NCBI GenBank assembly: GCA_050949565.1
Contig: JBMNFY010000008.1
Location: 128,001-192,000, forward strand
Reading direction: 5' to 3'
Origin: Kiritimatiellia bacterium
GTDB taxonomy: Bacteria > Verrucomicrobiota > Kiritimatiellia > RFP12 > UBA1067
Length of the DNA stretch: 64,000 nt
The notes below the pieces were generated by a model. That model was given only the letters and a program-made list of their open reading frames with translations, made no database searches and was not told where the DNA came from. Positions 19,954 to 28,755 of this stretch are shown piece by piece. The stretch's first letter is position 1; each line of letters opens with the position of its first letter. The position numbers and the translations under genes were made by a program.

Positions 19954-20003
19954 ATGGCAAGGATTGAGGAGTTGTATTTTCAGGGTTCAGGCGTTTTTTG
20001 GTA

Positions 20004-21170
20004 TCACCGATTGCCTTTCGCGCGGTTGTGAGTCTTACATAGCATCTGGCAGTTTTTGATGTTTGTCCCACCGCCCTTGCTCCACGCAGTCACATGGTCG
20101 GCGTCCATTTCCGCCAGTTTCCAGATTTTATGTTTATTGGCCTCAGGCCCCGAGGCGCAAAGCGGACAGTTCGAGACGCCTTTCGCCTGCGCTTTTTTTG
20201 TTTGCACCGTATAGACGGTTCGCTTTGTCGCCTCGTCAAAAACGCGGACATCTAACAAATTCGGAGATTGCGAGCCGCCAAGGACGTACTCAAAAATGCC
20301 CTTTTTGTTTCTCACATAAGGATCGGCGTACAGTGCTTGAACTTTGGTTGACACCTCAGCAGGGTTGTATGCCGTCGTATGATACGTTTCGTAAAGACGC
20401 CCCCATTCAAGCCCGCACATCTCGTTTTCAACATCAATAAAGACGCTAGACACCCAGTCGATCACGCTGTTGAAGTAATTCTTAAGCTCGTTGATATTGT
20501 CGTCTTTGCGGTGACGGCTCATGTAATCAGCAATCTTGCCCTTGCTTACCCAGTCCAGAGCCCGTTCCAGAAAGTCCTGCCGATTGGCGCTCCCCTTTAC
20601 ATACGCGCTCCATTTCTGGATATTCGCGTTCTGGCTGTTACTGAACTCGGCCTTTGCCAGCGTTACGAACGGACCGGAATAGAATGCGTTCAAGCGCTCC
20701 TGCGGATTTATTTCCACACCTGCGGTATTGATCGTCTCAAACCACTCCTTGATTTCTGTTTCAACCCCTTCGCACACGTAAATCAATAACGTTGAGTCAA
20801 GAATGATGGCGCGCTGGTCAGCGGGCAAACTGTCGAAATACTTCGGATTGCCATTATCCATGATGGAAAATTTGTTCGTCACAAACCGTCCGATGCTGGT
20901 GATCCGTTGTTGCCCGTCTAAAACCTCAAACTTGTTTTCATCGACCTTGTTGAAGTAGATCAACCCCAGCGGATATTTCTTGAGCAGCGACGAAATGACC
21001 GCCTGCTCTTTTTTCCCGCCGGCATCCGCATAGATGTAGTTGCGCTGGTACTCCGGCTGAATAGTCAACTTGCCGCCCAGCCCAAAGAGCCCTTTGCCCT
21101 CCAATTCGTTGTACACAAACCCGTCGCAGATTTCGGCGACGGTCAGGTCTTTAATCAGATGTGTCTTCAC
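20004..21170 (-). CDS. DUF262 (ParB/GmrS-like) plus C-terminal HNH endonuclease
   Basis: GTG start ([11 protein letters not shown]); [20 protein letters not shown] motifs of DUF262; CPLC...[12 protein letters not shown]...[15 protein letters not shown]. Confidence 0.9.
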   Translation of the reverse strand: MKTHLIKDLTVAEICDGFVYNELEGKGLFGLGGKLTIQPEYQRNYIYADAGGKKEQAVISSLLKKYPLGLIYFNKVDENKFEVLDGQQRITSIGRFVTNKFSIMDNGNPKYFDSLPADQRAIILDSTLLIYVCEGVETEIKEWFETINTAGVEINPQERLNAFYSGPFVTLAKAEFSNSQNANIQKWSAYVKGSANRQDFLERALDWVSKGKIADYMSRHRKDDNINELKNYFNSVIDWVSSVFIDVENEMCGLEWGRLYETYHTTAYNPAEVSTKVQALYADPYVRNKKGIFEYVLGGSQSPNLLDVRVFDEATKRTVYTVQTKKAQAKGVSNCPLCASGPEANKHKIWKLAEMDADHVTAWSKGGGTNIKNCQMLCKTHNRAKGNR

Positions 21171-22356
21171 TTGTCTTCTTTCTCGCCGACTTAACGCGGC
21201 GGTGGCGGATAACAATGCGCTTATACATCCGCTTGCGATTGACTATTGGGCCGTTCCATAGAACCGGTTTACCCACGCTGCTGACCTCATAGCTATGTTT
21301 TGCCCCCAAATCTTCCGCATGAGTGCCTCCCTCAAAGCAACCAACTATTTCAAACTGTTCCGGATTGTACTTGTCAAGGAACGTGATGGGAACACCCATC
21401 GCCCCATCGTAGTCGCTGGGAATCGCATCGGTGAACGGCACCTCGATCGCGTCATAATTGTCGTATCGCTCGTACTCCGTCTTACCCTTGATCGCCTTGT
21501 GCTTGCTGAACTTCAAGTTTTCAGCCATGGTCATCAGGGGCAACTTCTGATGACGACGACCATGATCCAAGTTTGTGAACCAAACCGAGGTAGATCGGCC
21601 CATTATTTTACCGTTGACGATCCTGTAGTTACTCCCCTTCTTGCCCACATTTACCATCACTTTCGCCACTTCTTCTGGCACCTCGAAAAGCATATCCACG
21701 CCCATGGGCGTCACTCCCAACCACATGCTGTTGTCCTTGATAAGAGGGAAAATCTCCTTGTAAGTGATCGCGTTCTTGTTTCCGATGATCAGAAACTTCT
21801 TCCCGTGTTCCACGAGTTGGGTGACGTACTCACGGAAAAGGGAAAAGGGCGGGTTGGTGACAACGATGTCCGCTTCTTTCAGGAACTCGACGCACTCGGC
21901 GCTACGGAAGTCACCTCCGCCGTTCAGGGGCACCCGCGCCGCCTTGTTGCGCTTGAGAAAGAGTTGTACGTCGTCGATGTTCGTTGCGCCGTCGCCGTCT
22001 TCGTCCTTCACATGGTCGAGCGTCACAGCCAGCGCTTTAGGTTTCTTGCGTTTGTCGTTGCCTTCAAAGTACTCTGGGAAAAGCGTCCCCTGCCCGGCGA
22101 TGGGTGAGCCGTCGTAGCTGGTGCTGATGAGCCGCTTGAGTCCGAGCGCGTTAAACTTGACAGCGAAATATTTGAAGAAATTGCTTTCAAAGGGATCGTC
22201 GCAATTGCAGTAGACAACCTTATCGCGAAAAGTATCGGGATCGAACTCCAGATAGGCCTCGACCTCCTTTTGGATGTCAACGTACTGGGTATAAAACTCG
22301 TCCTGCTTGGCTTTCTTCGCAGCGCCCAGACTTTGATTCAGCGAGTTTTTCTTCAT
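21151..22356 (-). CDS. EcoRI-family adenine-specific DNA methyltransferase
   Basis: [16 protein letters not shown] (as in the M.EcoRI N-terminus), [48 protein letters not shown]. Confidence 0.93.
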   Translation of the reverse strand: MKKNSLNQSLGAAKKAKQDEFYTQYVDIQKEVEAYLEFDPDTFRDKVVYCNCDDPFESNFFKYFAVKFNALGLKRLISTSYDGSPIAGQGTLFPEYFEGNDKRKKPKALAVTLDHVKDEDGDGATNIDDVQLFLKRNKAARVPLNGGGDFRSAECVEFLKEADIVVTNPPFSLFREYVTQLVEHGKKFLIIGNKNAITYKEIFPLIKDNSMWLGVTPMGVDMLFEVPEEVAKVMVNVGKKGSNYRIVNGKIMGRSTSVWFTNLDHGRRHQKLPLMTMAENLKFSKHKAIKGKTEYERYDNYDAIEVPFTDAIPSDYDGAMGVPITFLDKYNPEQFEIVGCFEGGTHAEDLGAKHSYEVSSVGKPVLWNGPIVNRKRMYKRIVIRHRRVKSARKKTSEDTSD

Positions 22357-22385
22357 GCTATGCAATGCTCTTTGCGCGATCCCAT

Positions 22386-22477
22386 TAAAAAAGCGGGCGC
22401 CTTGGCAACCCCATCACAGTGGTCGTGAGTACGATAACATTCCTAACCTTGCCTTAGCAAGTCTGGGGCCACCCGCT
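22386..22477 (-). ncRNA. Candidate structured cis-regulatory leader RNA of the methyltransferase
   Basis: Minus strand: closing stem AGCGGGUG/CGCCCGCU followed by U6; inner stem GCCCCA/UGGGGU; hairpins CUUGC-UAAG-GCAAG and UCAC-GACCACU-GUGA; ends 30 nt before the ATG. Confidence 0.55.
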
Positions 22478-22542
22478 GCAAACGGCATCAACAAAGTAGG
22501 GACAAACAAAAGACGACAACCAAAATTGTGTCCCAGCCAAGT

Positions 22543-22632
22543 GCCCCTTCAGGGCACGCTGGCGCGGGGCAACGGTACCCAGGGCTGTACTTCGCTTGCC
22601 CTGGGCTAAGGTGAAGCCGCCCCTTCGGGGCT
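22543..22632. repeat. REP-like multi-hairpin element (GCCCCTTCAGGGC...CCCAGGGC..GCCCTGGG...GCCCCTTCGGGGC)
   Basis: Three short palindromes in an intergenic region. Confidence 0.65.
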
Positions 22633-22639
22633 ACCCCAA

Positions 22640-22758
22640 AAAACCTCTGCGTCTCTGCGCCTCTGCGTTAAAAAATCCCGAGCAGCGCCCCCAAAAAATC
22701 TGTGTCATCTGTGGATGAGAAAAAAACTCCTAACTCCTAAATCCTAAATCCTAAATTC
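22640..22758. repeat. Modular simple-repeat array (CTCTGCGY x3, linker, ATCTGTG x2, CCTAAAT xn)
   Basis: Read directly; the linker CCGAGCAGCGCC is shared with 24001-24135 and 35540-35557. Confidence 0.75.
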
Positions 22759-22816
22759 CCCTCTCGTCCAAGGTGTGTTATCATTCGGCTTTCTCAGTTA
22801 AAAAGGATCAACACAT

Positions 22817-23917
22817 ATGGCTCTCGGTGTAGGCATCGTCGGTCTTCCCAATGTCGGCAAATCTACGCTCTTTAATGCATTGACCCACGCGCAAAACGCG
22901 GAGGCGGCCAATTATCCGTTTTGCACGATCGAACCCAACAAGGCGACCGTCGCCATGAACGACGTCCGTCTGGATGCGCTGGCTGCAATCGCCAAACCCG
23001 CCCAGATTGTGAAGGCGACGGTCGATTTCATTGACATCGCCGGACTGGTGCGTGGCGCCAGTGCAGGCGAGGGGCTGGGCAATAAGTTTCTGGCTAACAT
23101 CCGTGAGACAGACGCCGTCCTGCAGGTGGTGCGGTGCTTCGCCGATGACGACATCGTGCATGTCGAGGGCGGTATCGACCCGGTGCGCGACATCGAAATC
23201 ATCGAAACCGAACTGGTGCTCGCCGATATGCAGTCGCTGGAAAAACGCATCGACCGTATCTCGCGCCAAGCCCGCGCCGACAAGGAGCTTCGCAAGGAGC
23301 TTGAGGCCATGGAGCACCTTATGAAACACCTCAATGGCGGTCATCCGGTGCGGACCTTTCCGCGTACCAAAGATGATGCTCTGGACACCACGCTGATCGA
23401 ACTCCAGTTCCTGACCGACAAGCCGGTTATCTACTGCGCCAACGTGAGCGAAGACGAGCTTGACGGCACTAGCGATCAGGTCGCCCGTGTCAAGGCGTAT
23501 GCGGAGGAAAAAGGATGTGATGTCGTCGTGATCTCTGCCAAGATCGAAGCCGAACTGGCGGGTTTGACCGACGCTGAACGTGATGATTTCTTGGCATCAT
23601 ACGGCTTGCAGGAGAGCGGACTCGACCAGACGATTCGCATGGCGCACCACACGCTGGGGCTCGCAAGCTACTTCACGGCCGGCCCCAAAGAGGTACGGGC
23701 GTGGACGTTCCACCGGGGGTGGACCGCCCCGCAATGCGCGGGTGTCATCCACACCGATTTCGAACGCGGGTTCATCCGTGCCGAAGTGATTGCCTTTGAA
23801 GACTACGTGCGGCTGAACGGTGAAGCCGGCGCGAAAGCCGCCGGCCTCATGCGTGTCGAAGGCAAGGAGTACGTCGTGCAGGACGGCGATGTCATGCACT
23901 TTTTGTTCAACGTCTAG
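22817..23917 (+). CDS. ychF: Redox-regulated ATPase YchF (Obg family)
   Basis: GIVGLPNVGKSTLFNALT, ANYPFCTIEPN, DIAGLV, GEGLGNKFL, IHTDFERGFIRAE, EGKEYVVQDGDV. Confidence 0.97.
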   Translation: MALGVGIVGLPNVGKSTLFNALTHAQNAEAANYPFCTIEPNKATVAMNDVRLDALAAIAKPAQIVKATVDFIDIAGLVRGASAGEGLGNKFLANIRETDAVLQVVRCFADDDIVHVEGGIDPVRDIEIIETELVLADMQSLEKRIDRISRQARADKELRKELEAMEHLMKHLNGGHPVRTFPRTKDDALDTTLIELQFLTDKPVIYCANVSEDELDGTSDQVARVKAYAEEKGCDVVVISAKIEAELAGLTDAERDDFLASYGLQESGLDQTIRMAHHTLGLASYFTAGPKEVRAWTFHRGWTAPQCAGVIHTDFERGFIRAEVIAFEDYVRLNGEAGAKAAGLMRVEGKEYVVQDGDVMHFLFNV

Positions 23918-23943
23918 CGCGGGCGCAGCCCGCAAAAAACCGA

Positions 23944-24162
23944 ACCATGAAACACATGAAACTTCATGAAAATCAGGGATCCGGCGCTTGGCGGTTCCAA
24001 AAAGCCGAGCCCTGCCTTTCCGTGTGTTCAGTGCATTCCATGGTTAAACAAAGCCGAGCACTGCCACCCCAAAAAACCTCTGTGCTCTCTGTGTTCTCTG
24101 TGGTTAAACAAACCCGAGCCATGCCCCCAAAAAAACTTCGTGCCCTTCGTGTCTTCGTGTGA
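23944..24162. repeat. Array of nonamer-triplet modules separated by an AAA(G/C)CCGAGC linker
   Basis: Modules (CATGAAA..)x3, (TTCCGTG..)x3, (CTCTGTG..)x3, (CTTCGTG..)x3; linker at 24001, 24050 and 24110. Confidence 0.8.
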
Positions 24163-24181
24163 GAAACAAGAGGAACCACCC

Positions 24182-24952
24182 TTGCGCATTGCGTTTTTAG
24201 ATTCCGGTATCGGCGGACTCACGGTGTTGCGACAGGCACTCACCGTGCTGCCGACCGATCAGTTCGTCTATTACGCCGACACGCTGAATGCGCCGTACGG
24301 GGTCAAGCCCAAGACCGAGGTCTTTGCACACGTACTCGCAGCCGCCGACTTTCTCGCGAGCTTACAGATCGACGCGCTGGTCCTTGCCTGCAACACCGCG
24401 ACGGCGGTTGCGGTCCAAACGCTGCGCGAGCGCTATCCATTCCCGGTGATCGGCATGGAGCCCGCCGTCAAACCCGCGCTCATGCAGGGCATGGGCAAGG
24501 TCATGGTGTTCGCCACCTCGCTGACACTGCGGGAGAGCAAGCTCGAAGCGCTCATCAGCAACCTAGGGCAGAGCCACCGGGTTGAGTGCCGCGCGCTGGA
24601 TCGGCTGGTTCGGTTCGCCGAGGCTTTCGATTTCACTTCACGCGCCGTCAGCGACTACCTCGCCGACCGTCTGGCTGATATACGCTGGAGCGAATATGAG
24701 TCGGCCGTGCTGGGCTGCACCCATTTCCTGTTTTACCGCGACCTGATCCAAGAGTGTACAGGGCCGGACATCCGGTTGATCGACGGCAATCAAGGGACCG
24801 TGAGCCAGTTGGCGCGTGTGCTCGAACCACTGCGCGCGCAGGCGACTGCCCCGGTTCACGACGCCGCGCCGCGCGTTACGTTTTACGCATCGGGGCATAA
24901 AGAAACACCAGCACGCGTCGAACGCATGCTGGCGCTTCTCTCAGCGCCGTAA
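24182..24952 (+). CDS. murI: Glutamate racemase
   Basis: TTG start after GAGGA; DSGIGGLTV, APYG, ACNTAT, GMEPAVKPA, VLGCTH. Confidence 0.95.
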   Translation: MRIAFLDSGIGGLTVLRQALTVLPTDQFVYYADTLNAPYGVKPKTEVFAHVLAAADFLASLQIDALVLACNTATAVAVQTLRERYPFPVIGMEPAVKPALMQGMGKVMVFATSLTLRESKLEALISNLGQSHRVECRALDRLVRFAEAFDFTSRAVSDYLADRLADIRWSEYESAVLGCTHFLFYRDLIQECTGPDIRLIDGNQGTVSQLARVLEPLRAQATAPVHDAAPRVTFYASGHKETPARVERMLALLSAP

Positions 24953-24960
24953 CTCTCAAC

Positions 24961-25066
24961 ACTTGAACGTTGAAAGTTGGCGTTAAAAGTTAAATGTGTT
25001 TTTAACTCAGAACGCCGAACGCCGAACTCTGAAGTAAAAAACTCCTAAATCCCAAATCCTAAATCC
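24961..25066. repeat. Composite heptamer repeat block (inverted relative to 19835-19953)
   Basis: Reverse complement matches ggatttagga...ttttttacttcagagttcg.cgttc.gcgttctgagtt.aaaa. Confidence 0.85.
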
Positions 25067-25081
25067 GAGGGGAGGCTCCGC

Positions 25082-26461
25082 CTACCCAAGGTACGCGCCT
25101 TGCTCGCGCAGGACCTTCTGGATATCGGCCGCCGGCAGGTCACGCGGACGAACCCCGCCCTTGGCCGCAAGCGCTGCCGCGACGCCGGCCGCCTGACCGG
25201 TCACCACGCACACCGGGATCAAGCGCACGCGATCGATCAAATCCGGCGCGCACGAAATGCAGCGGCCGGCCACGAGCACGTTGTCAACGCTCTTTGGTAA
25301 CAGCGAGCCATACGGTATCTGAAACTCCGGCAGACGCAGTCCGTCATGTCCGGACACTGCCACCGTATCCGGATAGGTCGCGCGTTCCACGGCCCCCTTC
25401 TTGTCGATACGCACCACACCGTTCAGCAGGCGCGTAGCGCGAACGCCAAGTTGCGACGTCGTCTGCGCCAGATAGACCTCTTCATAGCCCGGAGTCTTGC
25501 GGATACGCTGCGTATAGTTCCAAGCCGATTTACGGTGCATCATCTCGGCCTGGGTCATATCGCGAATGTCGAGGCCATTGCCCCTGTTGCCCAGACTGTT
25601 CACCCAGCGCACCGATTTGAGAGGCTCACGTCCGCCGATATTCAGCCGCGTGTTTTCCGGTGCTTTCGATTTGTCAATGCGGTCGGTATTACCAAGGCGA
25701 TGCACGAAGCCCAGCGCATGCGAGATCTGGGTATAACTCTCTCCGGCCTGGAAGAAGACATCGCCATCACCCGATGCGTCTACCACCACTTTAGCCAGCA
25801 CGGCCTGACGCCCCTGCTTGCTCTCGAAAACCACCCCCTGCACGCTCTGGCCGTTCTGGATCACGTCTACCCCCCACGCATGGAAGAAAACATCGACCTT
25901 CGCTTCCTGAACCATCTCGTCCATCAGCACTTTAGCGGCCTCGGGATCCGCAGTCGGTTGCCCGATGTTTGGCTCCAACTTGGTGATCGCGCCCTCGCCC
26001 ATGGCTTCCAAGCGACGCATAAACTCCTCGCAGACACCGCGCGTCACCAGCTTAAACTGGCCGTTCTCTTTGACGCCCGTCCCGATGATAATCAAGACCA
26101 TGCCGTTGGTGAAAAGACCGCCCAGACTGCCGTAGCGCTCGATCAAGGCCACCTTGGCCCCGGCCCGCGATGCCGCTACCGCTGCACCGAAACCAGCCGG
26201 ACCACCCCCGACCACCACGACATCCGCCGTGTGAAAGATCGGCAATTCACGCGCTGGCTGGATGACCTTGCCGCCCTCCAGCCGCGCTGAAGGCACGTCC
26301 TGCATCGAGGGCTCCACCACGCGGATATTCCGCGCGAATCCCGCGTATGCGGGATCGCCGTCCGTCTCATCGGCAAAACCGCGTCCCGTCAACATGCCGA
26401 GCCCCGCCGCTGTACCGCCCAAACCCAACCGCTTGACCATATCTCTGCGTGTGATACTCAT
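25082..26461 (-). CDS. Tat-exported FAD-dependent oxidoreductase (FAD_oxidored/PF12831-like)
   Basis: ITRRDMVK twin-arginine signal; DVVVVGGGPAG, DASGDGD, IPYGSLLP, AGRCIS, TGQAAG. Confidence 0.88.
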   Translation of the reverse strand: MSITRRDMVKRLGLGGTAAGLGMLTGRGFADETDGDPAYAGFARNIRVVEPSMQDVPSARLEGGKVIQPARELPIFHTADVVVVGGGPAGFGAAVAASRAGAKVALIERYGSLGGLFTNGMVLIIIGTGVKENGQFKLVTRGVCEEFMRRLEAMGEGAITKLEPNIGQPTADPEAAKVLMDEMVQEAKVDVFFHAWGVDVIQNGQSVQGVVFESKQGRQAVLAKVVVDASGDGDVFFQAGESYTQISHALGFVHRLGNTDRIDKSKAPENTRLNIGGREPLKSVRWVNSLGNRGNGLDIRDMTQAEMMHRKSAWNYTQRIRKTPGYEEVYLAQTTSQLGVRATRLLNGVVRIDKKGAVERATYPDTVAVSGHDGLRLPEFQIPYGSLLPKSVDNVLVAGRCISCAPDLIDRVRLIPVCVVTGQAAGVAAALAAKGGVRPRDLPAADIQKVLREQGAYLG

Positions 26462-26528
26462 CGTGCACTAGCCTCCATGAAAAGCGTTAATAGACGCCTC
26501 CCAGTGTAGCGAACCTTGCACGCATCGG

Positions 26529-26578
26529 CAAGCGCGGCGGGTGCGTTGAAACGCATTTCAACGCACCTGCCGCGCTTG
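26529..26578. other. Long near-perfect hairpin (23-bp stem)
   Basis: CAAGCGCGGCGGGTGCGTTGAAA-CGCA-TTTCAACGCACCTGCCGCGCTTG. Confidence 0.8.
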
Positions 26579-26875
26579 AAGGAGAATTTAGGATTTAGGA
26601 GTTAGGAGTTTTGCTTGAGAGTTAAACGTCGAGTGCCGGAGGTTGAATGTTTTGTGCCGCGCGCAAGTCTGACGAAAGGATCTGGAGTGCGGCGGCAAGC
26701 GGTATTCCGCGCGACGCCGCTTTTTGAGCAGGAGTTCGGTGGCAGGGCTGCGCGCAAAAGCGGTGCCGCGACCCGCGCACAGCGCGGCTCTTGTCACCGC
26801 ACTCCAAAATTTTTACCCCAGAACGAGCGTCTGCTCGTCCTTAACTTCCTAAATCCTAAATCCTAAATTCTCCTT
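26579..26875. repeat. MITE-like composite: 22-bp terminal inverted heptamer repeats enclosing a TGGAGTGCGG...CCGCACTCCA REP doublet
   Basis: AAGGAGAATTTAGGATTTAGGA (26579-26600) / TCCTAAATCCTAAATTCTCCTT (26854-26875); inner inverted pair at 26683-26806. Confidence 0.7.
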
Positions 26876-28745
26876 TCCGAAACGCTTCCCACGCGGTCTC
26901 GAACCAGAAATCAGCGGAGGGTAACGGCCGGCACGCGCGCCAGCGGTGTTGGCAAGTGTGTCTCGATCCACAGCGGGTTTCCAACACCTGTGCGCGAAAA
27001 GCAGGATCTTCAGGAATCACCGCACCCTGTTCGTCCACCACCAGCGACGAGCCTCGGCTGCCCACGCCCGAACGGACGCTGTACGCCAGCGCCGAAAGAT
27101 ACACCGCATGCGCCGTGCAGAGCTGACGGTTTTCAAACGCCCTGATCCGTTCCGCCGGACGTTCCGCCCGACATCCCTCGCGTTCAAGCCGCCGCACCTG
27201 CGCCCGCGCCGCCGCAACCGCCCGCTCCAACGCCGCCGCTTGGCGCAAGTGCGCGCCATACCGGCTCATGCGCTGTTGAAACTCGTTTCGACATGCGCGC
27301 CACGTCCACTGCGATTGACGGCAACGTGCATCGTAGTCGCGATCCGCGTCGTACACGGACGCCAACGCCGCCTCGAAGGATTCGTCGCTCAGCGTCGAGG
27401 CGGCATAACGCGCAGCGATAAACGCTGCCGCCCGCATCGCGCCCACCTGTCCCGCATTGAGCGCCGAGCCACCCGGACGTCCCACGCCGTGCGAGCCGTT
27501 GACTTCGCCCACCGGGAAAAGATGCGTCAGATTGATCGACTCCCACCAGAGCGATGCTGCCAGCCCGCCGTTGTTGTGCTGTGCGCAGAGCGCGATCTCC
27601 AGCGGCTGCTCAGCCAACTCCACCCCGTGCTCGCCATAGAAGGCGACCGCGCCCGGATTCAATTTTTGCAGGCGGGCGAACGGCGTGCGTCCCGTAGCGC
27701 CTGAACGCGCCAGATAGCTACGTGCCTCTTCAGACAACGCGTCGAATTGAAAACCGGCGGGATTACGGCGGAAGTCAAGGAACACGCGACGCCCCTTGAC
27801 TTCGCGCTCGTCATAGACCAGTCGGTCGATCCGCGACGAGCCCGTCTCTGCCCGGCGCGCATCGAAAGGCCATTGATATCCCTTCAGGAATAACAGGCTA
27901 TACATCTGCGCCGGATCAGCACCCGCGTCCAACAGAAATTCACGCTCATCGGAATGGCCATCTGCATCCGTCGAGATCAGGCGCGGCACCACCTGCATGT
28001 AGCTCCCCGACACATTCCAGCGCGGACGTATCGAAGCCAGACCGTACTGGGAATCGGGCAGGTTACGCGCCGCCGCGCCCGCACGGAAAGCCAGCCCGAT
28101 GCCGCCCAGATGACAGGCGGGATAAACGCTGGCCGCATACAACCCACCGAAACCGCCGACCGCGAACACCACATTCTCGGCGCGGTAGGCACGCCAGGCA
28201 CCGGAAGCGTCCAAAGCCAGCGCCCCGCAGACACGCCGCCGCGCACCCGATCCGCTCACCAACAGCGATGTCACTGAGCACCGCTCATGAATCGGTACGT
28301 CCAAGCGCCGCACCTCGCGCAGCAGTGCCACGCACATATCGCGCGATGTATAGGGCCCGGTCGATGTGGCGCGTCGCGCCGGATCGTGATCGGTCTTGTA
28401 CCCTGGAAACTGGCCGTAGGCGTCATGCGGAAACGGCACACCGAGCGCCACCAGATGCGCAAAGGCATGCACCGAGCCAGCCGCTTCAGCCACGGCGAGA
28501 TCGCCGTGCATGCCGCCCGTAGCCGACAAGGCAGTCGCCATCGCGAAAATGGAGTCCGGCTCCGCGCCGCACAACCCGAGCTTGTAGTAAGTCTGCTTAT
28601 CGCTGCCGGTATTGATCGACGTGCTTTTGCGCACCCCTTCCGTAACGATCAACGTATCGATCCCGCGACGGCGGAGTTGCACAGCGGCCTGAAGTCCCGC
28701 CGCCCCCGAACCAATCACCAGCGTATGGCAGCACGTCGTTTTCAT
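26856..28745 (-). CDS. FAD-binding protein, SdhA/FrdA/NadB flavoprotein superfamily
   Basis: LVIGSGAAG, GSDKQTYYK, GYKTDHD, QHNNGG, PVGEVNGSHG, GGSALN, SRGS. Confidence 0.85.
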   Translation of the reverse strand: MKTTCCHTLVIGSGAAGLQAAVQLRRRGIDTLIVTEGVRKSTSINTGSDKQTYYKLGLCGAEPDSIFAMATALSATGGMHGDLAVAEAAGSVHAFAHLVALGVPFPHDAYGQFPGYKTDHDPARRATSTGPYTSRDMCVALLREVRRLDVPIHERCSVTSLLVSGSGARRRVCGALALDASGAWRAYRAENVVFAVGGFGGLYAASVYPACHLGGIGLAFRAGAAARNLPDSQYGLASIRPRWNVSGSYMQVVPRLISTDADGHSDEREFLLDAGADPAQMYSLLFLKGYQWPFDARRAETGSSRIDRLVYDEREVKGRRVFLDFRRNPAGFQFDALSEEARSYLARSGATGRTPFARLQKLNPGAVAFYGEHGVELAEQPLEIALCAQHNNGGLAASLWWESINLTHLFPVGEVNGSHGVGRPGGSALNAGQVGAMRAAAFIAARYAASTLSDESFEAALASVYDADRDYDARCRQSQWTWRACRNEFQQRMSRYGAHLRQAAALERAVAAARAQVRRLEREGCRAERPAERIRAFENRQLCTAHAVYLSALAYSVRSGVGSRGSSLVVDEQGAVIPEDPAFRAQVLETRCGSRHTCQHRWRACRPLPSADFWFETAWEAFRKGEFRI

Positions 28746-28755
28746 GACGGTTCAC

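Noticed and set aside
22386-22477. Assignment of the methylase leader to a known SAM-I/SAM-II/SAH riboswitch
   Set aside because: I could not find the consensus cores of those families by eye; kept only as an unassigned candidate RNA.
23995-24162. Possible mini CRISPR array
   Set aside because: The repeats are short and degenerate, the spacers are themselves simple tandem repeats, and no cas genes or leader are present.
23966-24181. 72-aa N-terminal extension of MurI
   Set aside because: It is a translation of the repeat array; RBS plus TTG at 24182 matches the normal MurI start.
19835-25066. Composite transposon bounded by inverted heptamer blocks
   Set aside because: It would include the housekeeping genes ychF and murI; no transposase or target duplication.
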